From the NCBI GenBank assembly GCA_002633005.1, contig NMRA01000003.1, positions 1,029,452 to 1,093,451 on the forward strand: a stretch of DNA of 64,000 nt. Direction: 5' to 3'. The translations under genes were made by a program, and so were the position numbers. This document shows, piece after piece, positions 38,799 through 50,683 of this stretch. The notes below the pieces were generated by a model. The model did no database searches, was not told the origin of the DNA, and was given only the letters and a program-made list of their open reading frames with translations. The DNA comes from Phoronis australis (taxonomy: Eukaryota > Animalia > Phoronida). How positions within the stretch are numbered: position 1 is the stretch's first letter; each line of letters begins with the position of its first letter.

Positions 38799-39323
38799 GT
38801 AAATGTTTCAGTCTTCTCAGTTTTCTAGTTGAACAGTCACTACACTAGGCTCTGTTCTCTTTAGGCAAATGGTTACCTCAAACCCTTGCCTAGTTGCGAG
38901 ACTGAGAAATGCAAAAAAATAAAAAGCTATACCTGTTTGTACTTTCTTGGTCTATCAACACAATTCATTCATTGAATATCTGAACCTAAACTCCATGTTC
39001 ATAAAGACATGAATACTTTAATTTATGTTCTGGGTGTAATTTATTCCAAACATAATTCTTTCATTGTAAACCTACAGGTACTTTGATTCATGTTCTGGGT
39101 AAAATAGTATTGTTTGTGTTTGATTTGATGAAATAAATTTTCAATATAAAAAACACTAAGATTAGTGTGAATTAAATGCTTGTTGGACACCTGAAAATCA
39201 GGGTAGTAATTTGAGATTCTGGGCACTTAAATGCTTTCTTTGTGTTGCCATTGATGTTCCTAAGGTAGGATTTATTGATAGCAAGTTGGAGCATATGTTG
39301 ATAAAAACAATGGATTTAAACAG

Positions 39324-39371
39324 GCTTGACATGTTTGGGCGTTTATCAAAACACCATCCTCAGATTGAAGC
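39324..39371 (-). ncRNA. minimal type I hammerhead ribozyme motif, degenerate (GAAA to CAAA)
   Basis: Minus strand: CTGAGGA-T-GGTGTTT-TGAT-AAACGCC-CAAAC-AT-GTC-AAGC. Confidence 0.55.
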
Positions 39372-40352
39372 AAAAACAGTGGCCACCTTGCTAGGTCCAA
39401 CAAACAGTCATGGGAGTAATAATAGACTAGACCAACATGACAAAATGTGTGCCAGTTGCCTATTGAGATTGGGCTTGCACCAATTGATATGTAGAGCCTC
39501 GTGAATTTTTAGCTCCCTTGTTGTCTCATTGTTTCTGCTTGGTCTATTATAGCAAAGTCATTGAAAGAGCATTGCTCATAACAATGTTTGGAGCGCTGCA
39601 ATTGAATATTAATAGGTAAACTTCTGTCAGACTTTAGACGTTCCCTGGTCTGGGTTTTCAAATGGCAAATAGTTTGCCTGACGAGTATAACTGGAGCCAC
39701 ATCCAGCACAGATCAATTTTGTACATTACCCTGGATTGTAGACCCATTGGAATTTTGTCCTTAGGGTTAAGTAAATTCGACAGTTTTAGAGACTTGAATC
39801 TTAATATAACTGTTGAGTAATTCACCACTTTGTTGAGTTTCATTGAGTAATCTTGACTTATTCAAAGTGATAACCATTCTTTTTCAAATTTGATGTAAGT
39901 TCTTTAACATCAGAATCAAATGTACCCCAAGTCTTGTTAATGTGATATATCCTGTCTATTAGAGTTTTAATGAGACCCACCTTATAAACAAAGGACGTAC
40001 ATATACCGGTACATGTTTATTAGACAAACGGGCCTCTGGCCCACATTACAAATTAACAAAAACAAAAACATCAGATTTACATTTACACATCACTTAAATC
40101 TTTGAAAGCCAGTGTACAGTCGTGTGTAGGTCTTCTTATGAAATACTCATGTTACCACTGAGGTATCCTCACGTTCAACTAACACGTACAAAAATGACAA
40201 AATGTTGTCAACCTCTAATTCTATACTGAGTTTCAAGTTAGGATGCCTCGAGTTTAAATATACATGTCCAAAAATTCCTGGGCTGACTCCCCTGTAACTG
40301 ACTGAGTGTATAATTACATGTTGTTGGGCCTAGCAAGGTGGCCAGTGTTATT

Positions 40353-40396
40353 GCTTCTGAGGATGGTGTTTTGATAAACGCCGAAACAGGTCAAGA
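40353..40396 (+). ncRNA. minimal type I hammerhead ribozyme motif
   Basis: CTT-CTGAGGA-T-GGTGTTT-TGAT-AAACGCC-GAAAC-AG-GTC-AAG: core CUGANGA/GAAA/GUC, 7-bp stem II, short stem I. Confidence 0.7.
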
Positions 40397-42560
40397 TGAT
40401 TTCAATCCATCGTTGTTTTTATCAACATAGGATTTAATCTTTGTCCTTTTATGTCTAATGACACTAATGAGTTTTGTGTCTCTAGCTGATACACGTGTCA
40501 ACAGTTGTCAGTCATTGTCAGTTGCCATAGTTATGGATGCCAGTTTGGCATAATTACCGTGCTCAGTACGTAATTAAGGGGTAGTGAGCTACTTTCTGTA
40601 ATTGTTTCTCGCACTTGTGGTACACAATATGGATTCTCACAGTTAATGACTAAAACATGATATTTTCTCTATATTGTACAAACCACAGTCACTCCTGTGA
40701 CACGGTCACACTTGTAAACATCCTAAACTCGTGTTTTCATCATGGACACTAAAGTTTCTGAACAGTCCATACTAGTCAGTTACAAAGAACTTTGGTAAAA
40801 TCTCACCAATTTTGGGCAACAATAATCGCCAAAATTGTTCTTTTTCATTTTTTTTGAATTATCGTCTAGTGGTAGATGTGGTATAGATCTTTAAAAATGT
40901 TATTGCATTTATTTTGTGCTGCTTATATTGTATCCTATATTGGTGAGATTTTGCCTCGGTGCTAAGCTAAACGCCAAGTCACATTTGGTGACCTGGTGAA
41001 AATCCCAAGTCGCCAAATGAAATCTGAAGACACTGAAATGAATTTTGAGGATTCCGAACCGGAGTAAAAAGTTAACCGACTTTACCCATTTGTTACAAAA
41101 GGATAGTCGTTGGCCTGTATTCATTTTAACTCTAACAATTAAAGTTATGTTGGACCTTATTGACAAGTATGTGTTAAGTCGAATTTCTTCCTTACTGCGG
41201 ACTTTAACTCCATGAAAGTATAATTTTTTGAAAGTAGATAGCTTGTAGATTTTGATTTTTGACTGATACCAGACTGACATTAATTGGGTCATGTGACAAT
41301 GTTTTTTAGTAAAATTTATCAAAAAGAAGGTACATTCATAGCAAAACAACAGCATCTATAACATGATTGTCCAACTTTAGTTTAACATAAATATTTGCGA
41401 TGAAAGCTAAATAACACTCATTGTCTGTTAAAGTGAATTGTCATCTAGTTTTCGTTTTATGTAACTTTTGAGTTTTATAAAAGTCCTGTTTTTATAGCCC
41501 CTTATGTAAAAGTGAACTGTTTTAAAAAGTTACACTTCTGTACAGCATTTTGGAAACAGTGTTTCTACACACACAATACGTACCCTAGAGTGACGTAGAT
41601 GAAGTAATATCCCACAAAACATTATTCCACCGTTACCAGAATGCCTTGACATTGTGTTATTGCGTTATTGCACAATGTCAACAAAAGAGCAGCAAGGCAT
41701 ATTACATCCAAAGTTTTCTTAGTAATATCCTGCGATTCCAAGCACACATTATCATGTACGCGGTGAAATTTGACCTCTCATGGAATACGCTTCCCCACTA
41801 GGGTGTGGTGCCGGCTGAACTGCCCTGAGGCTAACGCCCTGGGATTCAGAGCAAACCTATCCACTCAGCTTCTGTGTTACTTTGGCCTTGCTCTCAGTAT
41901 TCCAATGGCGCGTATGCTTCCAGCCACGCTATGAAATCTCAAACATATCTTACTGGCTGGTGAATGCAAAACCAACCAAACTGTCCATCGATACACTTTA
42001 CGTACACTCCCAGATCAAACACCAAACTTCAGTCTTTGTTCTTTCCTAGAACATCACATCCTTGGAACTGTGATAAAGTGTTTCTGGGCAATAATGACAT
42101 CTATTGTACATGTACAAACTAATGTCCATGATATAAGTTAAAATAATATGAATGCAGTGCCTGGTACTGTCCTCTTCTTAAGTCCTTTTATAACAAGTGG
42201 CACCGCCACATGTTATTCTTACTGCATATTGCTGATTTACTGTTCCTCAGGTATATCCTGGGCTGTCAGGAGATTATGATTTGAATTTCTTTAACAAAGC
42301 TTTGTCAATGACAAGAATACTTGCAAATAAAATTGAACACAGTGAAACAGTCCTTCATTACCGGTCATTCTGTTACTTGCTTTCAACCAACTCTACAATA
42401 TGACTTTGTACTATTCAAGACGGCAACAGTTCATTTATTCATGCAGTAGTTATTTTGTGTGCGGGCTGCTTTTAAACAGACATATTTATGATCAGAATTG
42501 AACAGTTTGATCATACGATTGTCACTTTAAAGTAACCTTGATTTCTGACTCATGTCCATG

Positions 42561-43715
42561 TTAACAACTGACTGCTATCTCATTCCTTGGGTCTGTATAT
42601 AATGAATAGCCACTTCCTCTCTGTACTCTAGTTCCATTGGTTTCACTCTTGTTCATGCCAGCCATGGCTATTCCATCAAAGGTTTGGGCCACTCCAGTTT
42701 TCATCCTCTTTCGCACCGTGTAACATACTGCAACCAGACTCCCCAGCAAACAATAGGCTATAAAACTGACTATGAGAGCCACAGCATACGTTGGGAACCC
42801 ATGCGATGTACTGTCTTCATCTCTTAGTGGCTTCATCGGATGGGTGACTACAGGTGTCGCCGTCGCCTCAGGTGTAGTTTTAGCACACTTGAACTGATCA
42901 CTGTCAATTCTGAGGATTGGTTCCCTGGTAGAAGAATTAGAGAGTGTTGTACAGGTGATCTGATTTTGTTCTGCTAGCAGGTGTGATACCTGGTTAATCC
43001 ACCATGGCAGCCACAGGTTGAAACAGTCACACTGCCAAGGGTTACTGTATAGACTGAGGCACTGTAGCGAACTCAAATTTGTCCGAGAGATTTGTGCAGG
43101 TATGTGGCTCAGGCTATTGTTGTGCAAATGAAGCACTCTCAAAAACTGAAAGGCATTCCTTTCAAAGGTTTGAGCAGAGATGAAGCTGATTTGATTGTTC
43201 TGCAGGTGCAGTTCCTCAACCTGTGTAAAGTAGGGTCTCCAATGTAGCTGTCTTATGTTATTGTCGGACATATTGAGAATGTAAGAGTAGCTGTGAACGA
43301 CTTGTTGGTAGGGTAGAATACTAGGCATCTCTGTCAAATCTCTGTTACCACAGTCTACTAGGATTAGTGATGCGTTGGACCAGCTACAACATGAGGGTGG
43401 GGAGCTGGTCAGTCCTGTGATGTTTTGCCACTCCAGGTGCATGTATAACGGGTTCGAGCACTCTTGGATGTCCTGTGCAGGTGAGGTCAATGACCTGTTG
43501 TCCGTTGACATATTCCACATGGGTGGCACTGTAACCTGAATACGTGGGTCCACGAGAGTACAGTTCTCTCCTTCATCACTGTCGTTTGTCGACTGGGTTG
43601 CAGCGATGATGGAACTGGTTTTTGCTACAATCTCCGTGGTTTCATTCGCAGTCCCAGACACCACTGTTAGCAAAAGGCTAACGCAGTTCACAATATCTAG
43701 CAAGGAGGTTGTCAT
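42561..43715 (-). CDS. single-pass leucine-rich-repeat membrane protein (384 aa), nested antisense in the last PSMD14 intron
   Basis: Signal peptide, S/T-rich stalk, LRRNT (CCSWS...VDCGNRDLTEMP), LRRs (LHLQNNQI, LHLHNNSL, LSLYSNPW), LRRCT (NPWQCDC), TM helix, ~50-aa tail; upstream acceptor tctttcag at 43767. Confidence 0.88.
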   Translation of the reverse strand: MTTSLLDIVNCVSLLLTVVSGTANETTEIVAKTSSIIAATQSTNDSDEGENCTLVDPRIQVTVPPMWNMSTDNRSLTSPAQDIQECSNPLYMHLEWQNITGLTSSPPSCCSWSNASLILVDCGNRDLTEMPSILPYQQVVHSYSYILNMSDNNIRQLHWRPYFTQVEELHLQNNQISFISAQTFERNAFQFLRVLHLHNNSLSHIPAQISRTNLSSLQCLSLYSNPWQCDCFNLWLPWWINQVSHLLAEQNQITCTTLSNSSTREPILRIDSDQFKCAKTTPEATATPVVTHPMKPLRDEDSTSHGFPTYAVALIVSFIAYCLLGSLVAVCYTVRKRMKTGVAQTFDGIAMAGMNKSETNGTRVQRGSGYSLYTDPRNEIAVSC

Positions 43716-44679
43716 CCTAGTTCTAATGCCAATTCATGACTGTCTCTGCCACCGTCTCACCGGTTTCTGAAAGACACTGAAATAACAGCTTCTAATTATA
43801 CAGGTAATTATGGTAATATGGTAGCTGTAATTTTCTGTTACTGGTATTTGCTGTTTTCCCTGGTTGATTGTTGCGATGGTTACAAATAGGAACGAGATTA
43901 GTCTGACATGACACAAGCTTAAGCTGAAGGAGAGCAAAATCAACAAAAAAATTTTTAGAAGATGAAGTGAAGATCATTTGTTGCTATTGCAAGTGAAGAC
44001 AAAAGAGTTCAAAGCAATGCTGTCTAAGATTAACTAGTTTTCACTTCTAATCATTAGGATTCCATTGTTGGTGTAATCGTAAACTAGCAGTCTAGTGACT
44101 ATTCCTCAGTAAAACAGATATCTAAGTTCATACAAAAATTAATTGACAGATTGACTGTAAATTCCTGTTCAGTATGTTTCATACAGGTGTCAGAACACTT
44201 GTATTACACACTCCGATTAGACTTAGATCAGTACGATTAATCTTATACCACGGTACAATTAGTCTTATACAACGGTCCGAGTAGTCTTTTACCACAGTCC
44301 GATTAGTCTAATACCACGGTACATTTAGTCTTTTTGCAAGTCATATACAGAAAATCAAAGTTTGTTGACATGGCTTTAAAACGTGCCTTCTGTTAATTTA
44401 GATGATATAATGAACTTTGGTCTCAATTTGTTCCTCGCTCAAATAAAAGTGATTTCTGAGCCCAGAAATAAATGACACATATTGATTGAGACCATGCCGT
44501 ATGAACGACCCTTGACAAGTCATTTTGTTGAAATTGGTCTCAAGTACCAATGAGCTGTTGGGTCTCTCCTAACTTGGAGGCTAGTTAGTAAGTGTCACAA
44601 GGTTACCCCCTTCTTCTAGTCCACACAAAGGTGTACCTTCGTAGTGAACATTTCTAAACGGAGAAGTAATCTCTATAGT

Positions 44680-45075
44680 TGCATTTACGGCTGTCACAGA
44701 GCAACCAACATGGAACAACTACAAGTGTGTATGTAAACACGACTGACATGGAGCAAAGTGACACTGCGGCGGCCATTTTTACACTGGTTTGAGTGGTGTA
44801 GCGAGTTGCACTTAAGGCTTGATCAGTTGGTCCAGTTTCAACTACTCGTGTAAACACAACGGGGGCAGGCGGAAAGGGATGCGCTTACACAATAGCGCAT
44901 ACTCGGGCAATTCTCTGGCATTTCACATGGTTTAGACCTAAGCTATTGTTTATGAGATCACGCACAGACAGTCTCGGTGTAATCCGATCTAATGTCATGT
45001 AAATCTGACTAAAGTGGAGCAAGTGGCGCCGTGACAAACTGACACGGTGACAACTGTCTCGTGTGTAAGCGGCTT
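44680..45075. mobile_element. MITE, PIF/Harbinger-like family copy
   Basis: Collinear similarity to 58354-58746; ends gtgtaagcggctta. Confidence 0.55.
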
Positions 45076-45188
45076 ATACTTGATCTTGAACATATACCCA
45101 TGAGGATATTGGTTAATTAGTGAGGATTGTTTTCTGTTAATCTTGACAGTGATTAGTTCTGCTGTAACAGTTGTGGCTAATGTTGCTT

Positions 45189-45286
45189 CCTGTGGTCATT
45201 AGTAAGGCCTACCTGTGGTCATTAGTAAGGCCTACCTGTGGTCATTAGTAAGGCCTACCTGTGGTCATTAGTAAGGCCTACCTGTG
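45189..45286. repeat. 23-bp tandem repeat, 4+ copies
   Basis: Unit cctgtggtcattagtaaggccta. Confidence 0.95.
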
Positions 45287-48200
45287 TGCAGTTAAGTAAT
45301 AATTAACTGTCACAAGATTCGATTTTATGCCTATCAAACATTTCTTAGTCTTCTGTCTTGTCAAATTCTCATTTTTCATTTTCACACAGAATGCATAAAC
45401 TCTTAAGATTAAGGGATACTGAAGTAAAACTACTCCATGACTGGGGTCAGACGATCGTCTTTTAATTTGACTGTATTTACCATGTATTTGTTAGATTGTA
45501 GCTAATAATTTTTGTTTAACCTTTCATAATGTTAAGTGTTTCTTTGTACAGAAACTATTGTGTTACATCCCGTACTTTCTGCCTTTCAATTTAGGTGAAA
45601 GTGTTTTGAAGTATTCCTGATTTAATAACATACTTTTCAATGCATGAAAAAGTTCTTCAGCCTCAAAGCATAAGCACTCATGCTATTACTTGAAGCCTGT
45701 GTCTGCATAATTATGCCATTGGTTGAGGCTAAGCCCGCTTGTGTTTCAACTAATCTTTAGATTACTTTACTATAATAGGCTTTTGCTTTGTGCAAGTAAA
45801 AAGTGCTACAATCATACTATTAAGTGGTTCAGCTGGAATCGGGTTGTGTCTTTTGATGATGAGGTTTGTTTGAAATAACCTTACCTTATGCCTACCCATG
45901 TAGCTGTGCTTTTATCTGGAATGTAGAAAATGTACCTATATGGGAAACACTTCAGTAAAACCATGGAGCAAAACATTGTTTGAGTGAAACTCAACTTATC
46001 CATTAGAGAGTGGCAGATGTTTACCTGACTTTATTCTCTTAAACTGTTTCATGAATTTGACAGTTTTTAGTTTTCTTTAGTGTGTTTACTCTTTGATTGA
46101 AAAGATGATAATACTTTTGTCTTATTTTCCAAAAATTATTGTTTTTAAGCATGTCTGCGAGGTACTCTGTATTCTGTTAGTTATCCATCTACCATAAACT
46201 GATGGTAGGCCTATATCCCAAACTACACAAATGCTTTGAGAAAAACAAGTTGTTGCATAACTGATTCATTGTTCCACTGTTATTTTTGCCAGTTCATAAT
46301 GCATGCAAACTCTCCCGATTCGGTAAACGGTTTTCGTTTACTTGATGAAGACATAACAACTTCAATAAAAGTGAAAGCAAATAATCGCGGGCTTCTGACA
46401 GTCAAAGTCTGGGCGATGGCCAACTGTAGCAAGACTAAGGCTTGAAATCACAACTTGATGCACATGTTCAGTTTTTCTAATACATCAAGCATTGGTCATC
46501 ATTTCCCTACATCTACTTTTTAACTCCTGAAATTATAGTCCAGTTTCTAAATCAATGTGACATATTCCTCCCTCCCCCCTGCACAAATTCCTTAATCACC
46601 GTATCCTGTGACGTTTTCATTCATAATTTTATTGCATTAAAAATGAGACGTACATTTTTAGTGGATTAGAAAACATTTACTCTCGAATCCTTAACTTTCA
46701 TAGGCTAAAATATAACCCATATTTTCTGCTGCAAATATTGCCTTGCTTTAGTACCCATTAGTTGTCCTTTATAGGAATTTGCATATCATGCGACCATGCG
46801 TGACACATAAAATGAAAATGGTTGCCAGGCAACCCATCAGGTGTGAACTGTTCTGCCAACATTCAAACATTTTCTTGGCCTGTAAGATTAATCCTTGTCT
46901 TTGCATTAGCTGCCATGTACGAGGAACGGATATTTGGCCCTGAACAGCACTTCTGTATATTCAGAAGCCATTTCATGAATACCACTGTGAGTCTTCGTTA
47001 GTCGGACAATGAACTATCGATAAGCTCCTCCCACACGGTTAGCCAGTATTATTTGGTCATTTTTGACAAGAAAATGAAAAAGATGATAATATTTTAATTG
47101 TCACACAGATCATAAACAAGCGTGACATGGTTTATTCATTAACAGATCGATCTACTTGCTGTAGAAAAATAGTGCATTTATCAAAAAATCACTGTAACTA
47201 AGTCAAAGTTGCTTGATCACTGACTTCAATCATGTTTAGCTGATGGTTTCCATATACCTGTTGTGGGCTTGTATTTATTTTGTGTTAATGAGTCAACTAA
47301 GCCTAGGAACCAGTATGAGAAGGAATAGCAACTGGTTCTTAGACTAAGCTTAGAGGAATGATCACGATTTTGCATTTAATTTTTTAGTTATCTGTGAACC
47401 ATTAAAGTTAGAAGAATTGCTGCCAATTCTGTTTTTTAAAATGCCAAGGAATAAAAAAATGTATTGAGCATCTAAAATGCAAATATTTCGAACATATCTC
47501 CTACTTATAATCTCCAAAAATCTGTTAAAGTAGAGGTTTTCAGAGCACTAAAAGTAATCATTTTTGTTGTTCCTAAGGATATAAAGTTTTGATTGTTGTC
47601 CAAAACGTGTTATAAGGATTACAGAAAAGTAAGTGAAAATGTCGTTTTGAAAGTAGTGGAACTATACAAAACACAAAACCAATCTTTAGGTCTTACACGA
47701 ACACAAAATACATTTATAACTAACTCCCTGTTTCAGGAATACACATAGTCAACAATAGCCATCTCGGGTTATACGGAAAAAAAATTAATTAAAAAGATTC
47801 TTTTGAAAAAATTCATTGTTTCAGACGTAAGCATTTGGGTTTAAAAATGCCCATATATACACAACAATTAACTAACAATGATTACTTACATAATGACATT
47901 TCATTTCTGTGCTGATAGACAAGTCTTTCTTCCTTGTTGGCTGTAGGTGTTGTCACTCTCTGCTCACATGTTGGTAATTATACAACTATCTTCTCACTGT
48001 CTCCAAGTTACTAACTAGAAGGAAGTCCTGGCTTCATGTTTACATGCATCGTGACCTTCATTTTAATAGCATTTCTATGGTTGACTGGGTTGTTAATGTT
48101 ATGCAGCAGTTGTTACTTAGGTTGCTATGGTGACTGTGTCAAACCTGGGTCACGTTCAATGACTGTCTCCTGGCGGGGAGAAAATTGTAGCCATAACCAC

Positions 48201-49925
48201 CTGCTACCATTGAAAGTGCATGGTGATGTCTCGTGAGATCTTGCTTTTTTAGCAAGACATTAGCATTACTGAACTTGACCCTAGACAGTGTCAAATAGTG
48301 GATAGTTCAATCCAGTTAAACATTGGGACTATTTTGATAAGAAGTGTTAGAGGTACTATTAATAAAGGTGTTTTAATCATATAATACATACATTTGTAGT
48401 CTCTGTGACAGTTGTTTTTAATTTATTAGAAGTATTCTATTCTACTTGGTTTGGTACTTAAATAAGGAATTCACAGTACATATAATTAGCCCTGACAAAC
48501 TGACCCTCAATTGTGATAGCTATGGTAAGAGATGGTTTCAAGCACATGCAGCAATTGTAAAAGCACCTACGGAAAAATTTTAGCAGTCAATATTGGAAAA
48601 TCTGGCAAGGCCGAAAATGCATTTTGGCACCTTTTTTGCTTGCTGATCTGTTGGGTGTTCTGTTTGGAATGAATTTATTTTCTGTCGTATAGAAATGATT
48701 GTGATGTATTTTTTGACCTAATGTATTAACTTAGTGTACAATTTGCAACTTACTGTTAGGCAGTAAATTAAAATGGAATTACCTTTTATGCAGATTGCAG
48801 TGTGGTTATTAAAACTGGGCTCTGTTCCATGGATGTAAGAATCTCGTGAAGGAATCTAGTGTAGTCGGGTGCTGATATCTCACAAAGCCTTGCATGATCT
48901 TGCGTTTTTGCGAGATTCTCGCGTCTACTGAATACATGCATATATTGAGCATCGCTTCAGCAATATCACTATTTCCTTGGAACATACCGTGTCATTTGAG
49001 AATGGGAAGCGACAAATTTTTTTATTTTATTTTGAGGCACGTCATGAAAAATTAAATCATGAACACTTGTTATTTACTGTGGTTACACTGGTTATTTGAT
49101 AGAAGTAATTCCTATTTTTCTTTTGATCGGCATCCAAATTTAATTGTCTAGGCTGCTTAGACAATGAACATTATAATTCATCGAAGGGAATAGATAGATG
49201 CAAAAAATTATATAACACAACTGTTTTACAGTAAGTTCCACAAGTTGTTTTTCTTGTCTGTCTAGACTGTCTTGCTACAAATTTTATGTTGTATTCCACA
49301 CAGTCATTTTATACTGAAACAACCAACTATACAGTTGAGCGACACCACTGTTGCTTAGTGACATCACTTAGGCAACCAGCCAAGGTACTAACTGAGAATT
49401 ATGTCAGTCAAATATCAAACGGCATTACCGCATGTCATTTGGCTTTATTTAAGTGAGTCTTGTCATGCTCAGTGTCAAGATGATGATCGGTATTCAGAAC
49501 AGGTGTAATGTTCGACCAAGAGACTGGGGTCTAATTTTTTTACTCAAAATCAAGCTCAAAATTTTTGGCAATTTTCTGTTCTGCTTTTATGCAAACTCAA
49601 GATAAGAGTCCATTATTCTGTGCTGGAGTAAAACTCTCTACAGCATTTTTGAGAATGGTATTTGAATAATGGTGTGTGAAACCTTCATTTGAATCCTATG
49701 GGCCATATCGAAAATATTGTGTTCTAAAGTACGAAGCAAAATTTTGTATTTTTGTGGGGTTTGCTCAAAATCGTACGATGTAGTCAGCAGACTAAGAGTG
49801 GTTATCTCTGTGTGTTGTATGTTAAGCTGCATGGTCAGTATTTGGGCCTACTGCAGCCATAAACGCATAGCCTGTAGCACGTTCTCTTAAGAGTAATACA
49901 ATTGCGTATTGCTTTCTACTTGCAG

Positions 49926-50024
49926 GACCCCAAGAGACATTTAGAGGAACACGTGGATGTACTAATGTCTAACAACATAACTCAATGTCTGGGAGCCATG
50001 CTTCACACTGTGGTCTTCAAGTGA
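49926..50024 (+). CDS. PSMD14: PSMD14 last coding exon
   Basis: [32 protein letters not shown]. Confidence 0.97.
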   Translation, partial: DPKRHLEEHVDVLMSNNITQCLGAMLHTVVFK

Positions 50025-50169
50025 GCACATCCCTGCTGAGGGCCCATTACTGGATGCCGCGGGGAGTTACTACATGCATACACAGTCCTCCCTGGGAGCC
50101 ATTAGTGCTTGTAACCTATTATGCATTGTATTTTGTACAATTTGTTGTGAACATAAACAACCTCTAGTT

Positions 50170-50175
50170 AATAAA
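50170..50175 (+). terminator. probable PSMD14 polyadenylation signal
   Basis: AATAAA 146 nt after the stop, followed by T/GT-rich sequence. Confidence 0.55.
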
Positions 50176-50367
50176 TATGTTTTCCATGTGCGACAGTTTT
50201 AATTTCAAATCTTCTGTTCTTTAAAGCCTTCAGTGAACAGATTTTTGTTTTGATTCATTGGGCAACCCAGGTAGTCCCATAAATACTTATAACATTAATC
50301 ACACAAACATAACCTTTTCGTGCCATAATGCATTACTGCCAGAACAGTACGACAGTACAAAAGTCAG

Positions 50368-50683
50368 AGGTACCATATAATCATACACAAGCATTGCATC
50401 TTATGCACGAACCACCTATAAATCATGCATGCCAACCCATGAATCTTGCATACGAACCCAAAAATTGTGCGCATGAACCACAAAGATCACACTTGCGAAC
50501 ACAAATACACATGAGCATCCGAACTATACCCACAAATCACCAAACGAAAGTGTTAGTGCATGTGATTCGATGCTCGTGTGTATGGTTTGTGTTCATATGC
50601 ATGATTCATGGGTTCGTATCAAGGTTTGTAGGTGGTTGGTGCAAAAGATGTGTTGCTCGTGCGTACGATTCTATGGTAACCCT
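50368..50683. mobile_element. foldback MITE between the convergent PSMD14 and STAM 3' ends
   Basis: Inverted arms ggtaccatataatc...cgaaccacctataa and ttgtaggtggttgg...gattctatggtaacc. Confidence 0.55.

Larger units (their letters stand above)
39290..40430 (-). mobile_element. decayed Penelope-like retroelement with inverted terminal repeat
   Basis: Broken minus-strand frames: YLNSRHPNLKLSIELEVDNILSFLYV (RT), YKVGLIKTLIDRIYHI...LKKNGY (thumb), KDKIPMGLQSRVMYKI (GIY-YIG). 39290-39405 and 40320-40430 are inverted copies. Confidence 0.85.

Noticed and set aside
40909-41355. 148-aa minus-strand ORF downstream of the LRR gene, considered as a possible TIR exon
   Set aside because: No TIR box motifs, it overlaps repeat-like AT-rich sequence, and the LRR ORF has its own stop.
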